A stretch of 64,000 nt of DNA from the NCBI RefSeq assembly GCF_009914755.1, contig NC_060927.1; one strand, 5' to 3'. Both the position numbers and the translations under genes were made by a program. Positions 59,998 to 64,000 of this stretch are shown piece after piece. The notes under the pieces are model-generated. The model did not search any database. It was not told where the DNA came from and worked only from the letters and a program-made list of their open reading frames with translations. Every line of letters begins with the position of its first letter. Within the stretch, counting starts at the first letter, position 1. This DNA is from the human T2T-CHM13v2.0 reference genome, Homo sapiens.

Positions 59998-62385
59998 GTA
60001 CAGTGCCACTAATTTCTGATTATTTTGGCAACTGAGACCTAGTGTTTTTTCAAATGTCTTTTTGGTCTAACAGGATACTTTTTTCATTCATTTCCCCATT
60101 CAGGAAAGTAAGAAGGTAGTTTATACTTGTAGTTGTAGTTGTAGCATGACAAATTTTAAGAAAAGTTACAGATGTAGAAAAAATTTAACTTCCTATTCAG
60201 GAAAATTTTGAACATATCCAAAAGTAGACATAATAGTATAATGCAGTCCCTTGTACCTATCACTGAACTTCAACAGTTATCAACCTATGGCCAATATGTT
60301 TCATCTCTATCTTCATCTATTTCCCTTCCTTCTATATTCTTTTGAAGCAAATCTCAGACATATCATTTTATCCATAAACAATTCAACATTTATTTTAAAC
60401 AATAACAATTCTTTTTAAAAAAGTAACATAACCACAATATTGTATCACACCTAAAATAAATGGACAATAATTCCTTTAACCAATTATCAAATCAATTCTC
60501 AAATTTCTGACTATCTCATAAACGTTTTGTTTTTACAGCTTTGTGTTTGAATCAGAATCCAAATAAGGCCCACATATTGCAATGGAGTTGACTATAGGAT
60601 TTCCCTCCATATGGACATAGAAATTTTAATACATAGTATAAAAGCACAGTCTGGCCTTATCAATAGGAAGATGTCAGAAGGTGTGGTTAGAATGGATTAG
60701 CACATTCCCATGTAAATAGGAGAGTTGGGACCAGAAACACCAGAACTATCATCAATCATGAGTTCATGATTCAGCTCACATCAGCTGTGGGAGAGCCACT
60801 GGACTCAGCATTATGGCAGCACAACAGGCTTTTAAGCCATTATCCCTGCACTCCGAGTCTTTACTTAATCAAATAAAGTAGATGACATTCAGTGTTTGAA
60901 AAGCTCCCAAGGTACTGCAAAAATTGATCAAACAGATTAAGATCAGCAACCCAAGAGATACCTGTGGATCATTGGACCATCTGAATTTTTAGGTAATGCT
61001 TCATTTTTCTGTGATGCTAGATACTACCTATAAGTTCTTTGGAAGCAAGTAAATCTGACCTGAATTCTGATCAGGCAGCCAAACCACCTGAGTAAAATAT
61101 GTGGTCCATTTACTTGTCCCGTATAATTAGTTACTCTTCTGTGCAACAGAAGCTTTTAAAATAATTTCCCTATGACTTGCATTGTGCAAGGTGATGTGGA
61201 TCGTGGAACAGGACGAATAGGAATAGCACATACTTTCCCTCCTATAAATCACAATTACTTTGGAGCTAAGATTTATATACACAAAATGAACTAAATGAGA
61301 GGCATGAAGTGCTGTTTTTGAATGCATGGGTGATTGAATACAGCATGAGTCCTGTGACACAGACCTGAACCTTCAAATATCACTCTTTTTCATGCAACCT
61401 CAGCATTCATTTTCTTTCCTGAAGACTGAGTATTTTTCAAATACTCTGTAAAAAGAATTAGTCTATACAGATGCCTTTAGTACCATTTGAAATTCTCTGT
61501 ATGTGTCTGTTACACTTTTTCTCTTTAGACTTTTAAAGACAGTTAAACTTTGGTTACATTTGCACAAAAAAATCAGCAAAGCTTATCGAGATGTTTATAG
61601 ATGGAGACTGTCACAGAGGTTGCAAAGCAGCAGTCCTGTGATTTGAACATGGCCTCTAGATGTGCTTTATTTAGATTATTAAAAAAAAATTTCAATCAGT
61701 TGCTAACATTTAAAAATCAAAAATTTTACATAAAACTCTAGATATTCACTACAACCTAAAACTTCAAAACTTCTGGCACATTAAACATGGCTTCCTGCTT
61801 GGGACAGGAAGTTTTCCATGGCTGAGTGGCAGGTGTTCTCTAGTTCTCCATAGTCAAATCAGACCACCTTTACACATGTGCCTTACCTACCTGGCTCCTA
61901 GAAGCCTGTGAGTCTGAGATCTTTGCTCTACCCTCTCTCTGGTTCCTTCTCCCATTATTGCATCTATCTTTAGCCAAGATGTTACTTGTTTTTTTTCCAA
62001 CAAAATTATCTGTTGCTTGTTTACAAGGAGGAAGAAAATGATGATTATGGAGGGTCACCAACAGGCAAAAAAAAAAAAAATGAAATTCACAGGTTTATTA
62101 ACACTAGAATACATACACCAGCTACTTGCTCCAAAAATCATGACTCCTCAGCCCCTCCTCTTTTGGTACAAATAGGAAATTAAAAACGGAAGTGTTTGGG
62201 ACCTTGTGATGGTCATTCTCTTAACATTGTAGTTTTTACAATTGGCAAGTTATTTGCTTTGACTGACCATTATGGTAATTCATGTTCATTGTAGAAACTT
62301 TGAACAATGCAAAATGCATAAATTCTTTAGTTGGATTTTATTCCAGCCTGCTTTTTTTTACATATGTACTTTTAAAAGTGGGATT

Positions 62386-62685
<300 letters not shown>

Positions 62686-62704
62686 TTATAAATTATTTTA
62701 TTTA

Positions 62705-63077
<373 letters not shown>

Positions 63078-63446
63078 TTCTTTGAAAATACGATTTTTAA
63101 TGGCTAATAAATACTCCAACACATGGATACAGCAACATTTATTTAACTTTTTCCCTGTTGAATTTTTAACTGTTTTTTCTCTGTTATGAATAGCACTGTA
63201 GTGAATATCCTTGTATTTATCCACATCGTTGTCCACATCGTTGATATTTTCATTAGACACATTTATAGAAACAGAATCATGTGTTGTTTTTATAACTTTC
63301 AAGATCTGCAATGAAATTAAATAATACTGTTTGAGAATGGTTATCTCCCAAATATGTATGTGTGCATGCAGGACAAAACACCCTGATGATTCCAATTTAT
63401 TCATTTACTGAGGAGTGTAATGATCAACGCTGTGTTTATATTTCAG

Positions 63447-63525
63447 GCATTTTCAGATGAATTTGCCAGAAGGGCTAATGGAAATCTCGTCAGTGACAAA
63501 ATTCCGAAGGCTAAAGATACACAAG
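63447..63525 (+). CDS. PARP14: PARP14 coding exon 9
   Basis: tttcag|GCA TTT TCA GAT = AFSDEFARRANGNLVSDKIPKAKDTQ(G); donor AAG|GTTCAG; 79 nt. The gene continues past the window. Confidence 0.88.
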
Positions 63526-64000
63526 GTTCAGTAAAGCTTCTAAATTGAGAAGTGATTTCTAGTTGCTAAGTAACTGTTCATTGGCAGGTAAAAGACAGTA
63601 GTGATAATTTTTATGAAAAAAAAATCAATGAGTGACAAATGATACTAAGTTATGTTTCATATACCTGAGCATGTAAGACACTGGTCATGTTTATATAATC
63701 TGAAGCAAAAGGGAAGGCAGGCCAAGTTATGTAATCTGTATAATGGGTTTTAAGTAATGACAAGACTACCATTTCCTGAGGAGAATGTGACATGTATTTT
63801 CCAAAATAGACAAATTTGAGAGACAATACTCACCAAATCTTTCACCTTTGTCAAATTTGTTGATGCCATATTTGAGTTTATCCTGTTTGAGTTTCACCGA
63901 GGCTTCTTGAATATAAAAATGTATGTCTTTCATCAAATTTGGAAAATTTTAAGTTATCTCTTTAAATGCTTTTTTGTGCACTGATCTATTTCATATCTCC

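Overview
This is primate (most likely human) genomic DNA, not prokaryotic. The right half carries the 5' part of PARP14 (ARTD8/BAL2) on the + strand. It includes a CpG-rich, interferon-responsive promoter and coding exons 1-9, which I spliced by hand into one continuous frame (3619 nt) encoding the RRM region, KH region, macrodomain 1 and macrodomain 2. The gene continues beyond the window. The left half is intergenic. It holds a full-length dead L1PA6-like LINE-1 with two nested Alus and a 6x17-bp expansion, a full-length EIF4B processed pseudogene, a second inverted L1PA6-like element with a ~4-kb internal deletion, MaLR/ERV LTRs, many Alus and older repeats. Most ORFs in the supplied track are repeat-derived or spurious. 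I see no convincing new multi-gene system. The best leads are: (i) unusual PARP14 splice architecture, namely a GC donor next to a GT donor whose frame is coupled to a 34-nt exon, and a 110-bp duplication of the exon 6 acceptor; (ii) an overlapping kB/GAS/ISRE promoter element; (iii) structural oddities of the two L1s around their KRAB-ZNF target segment and reused insertion sites. Repeat subfamily names come from recalled consensus sequences, not from a RepeatMasker run.
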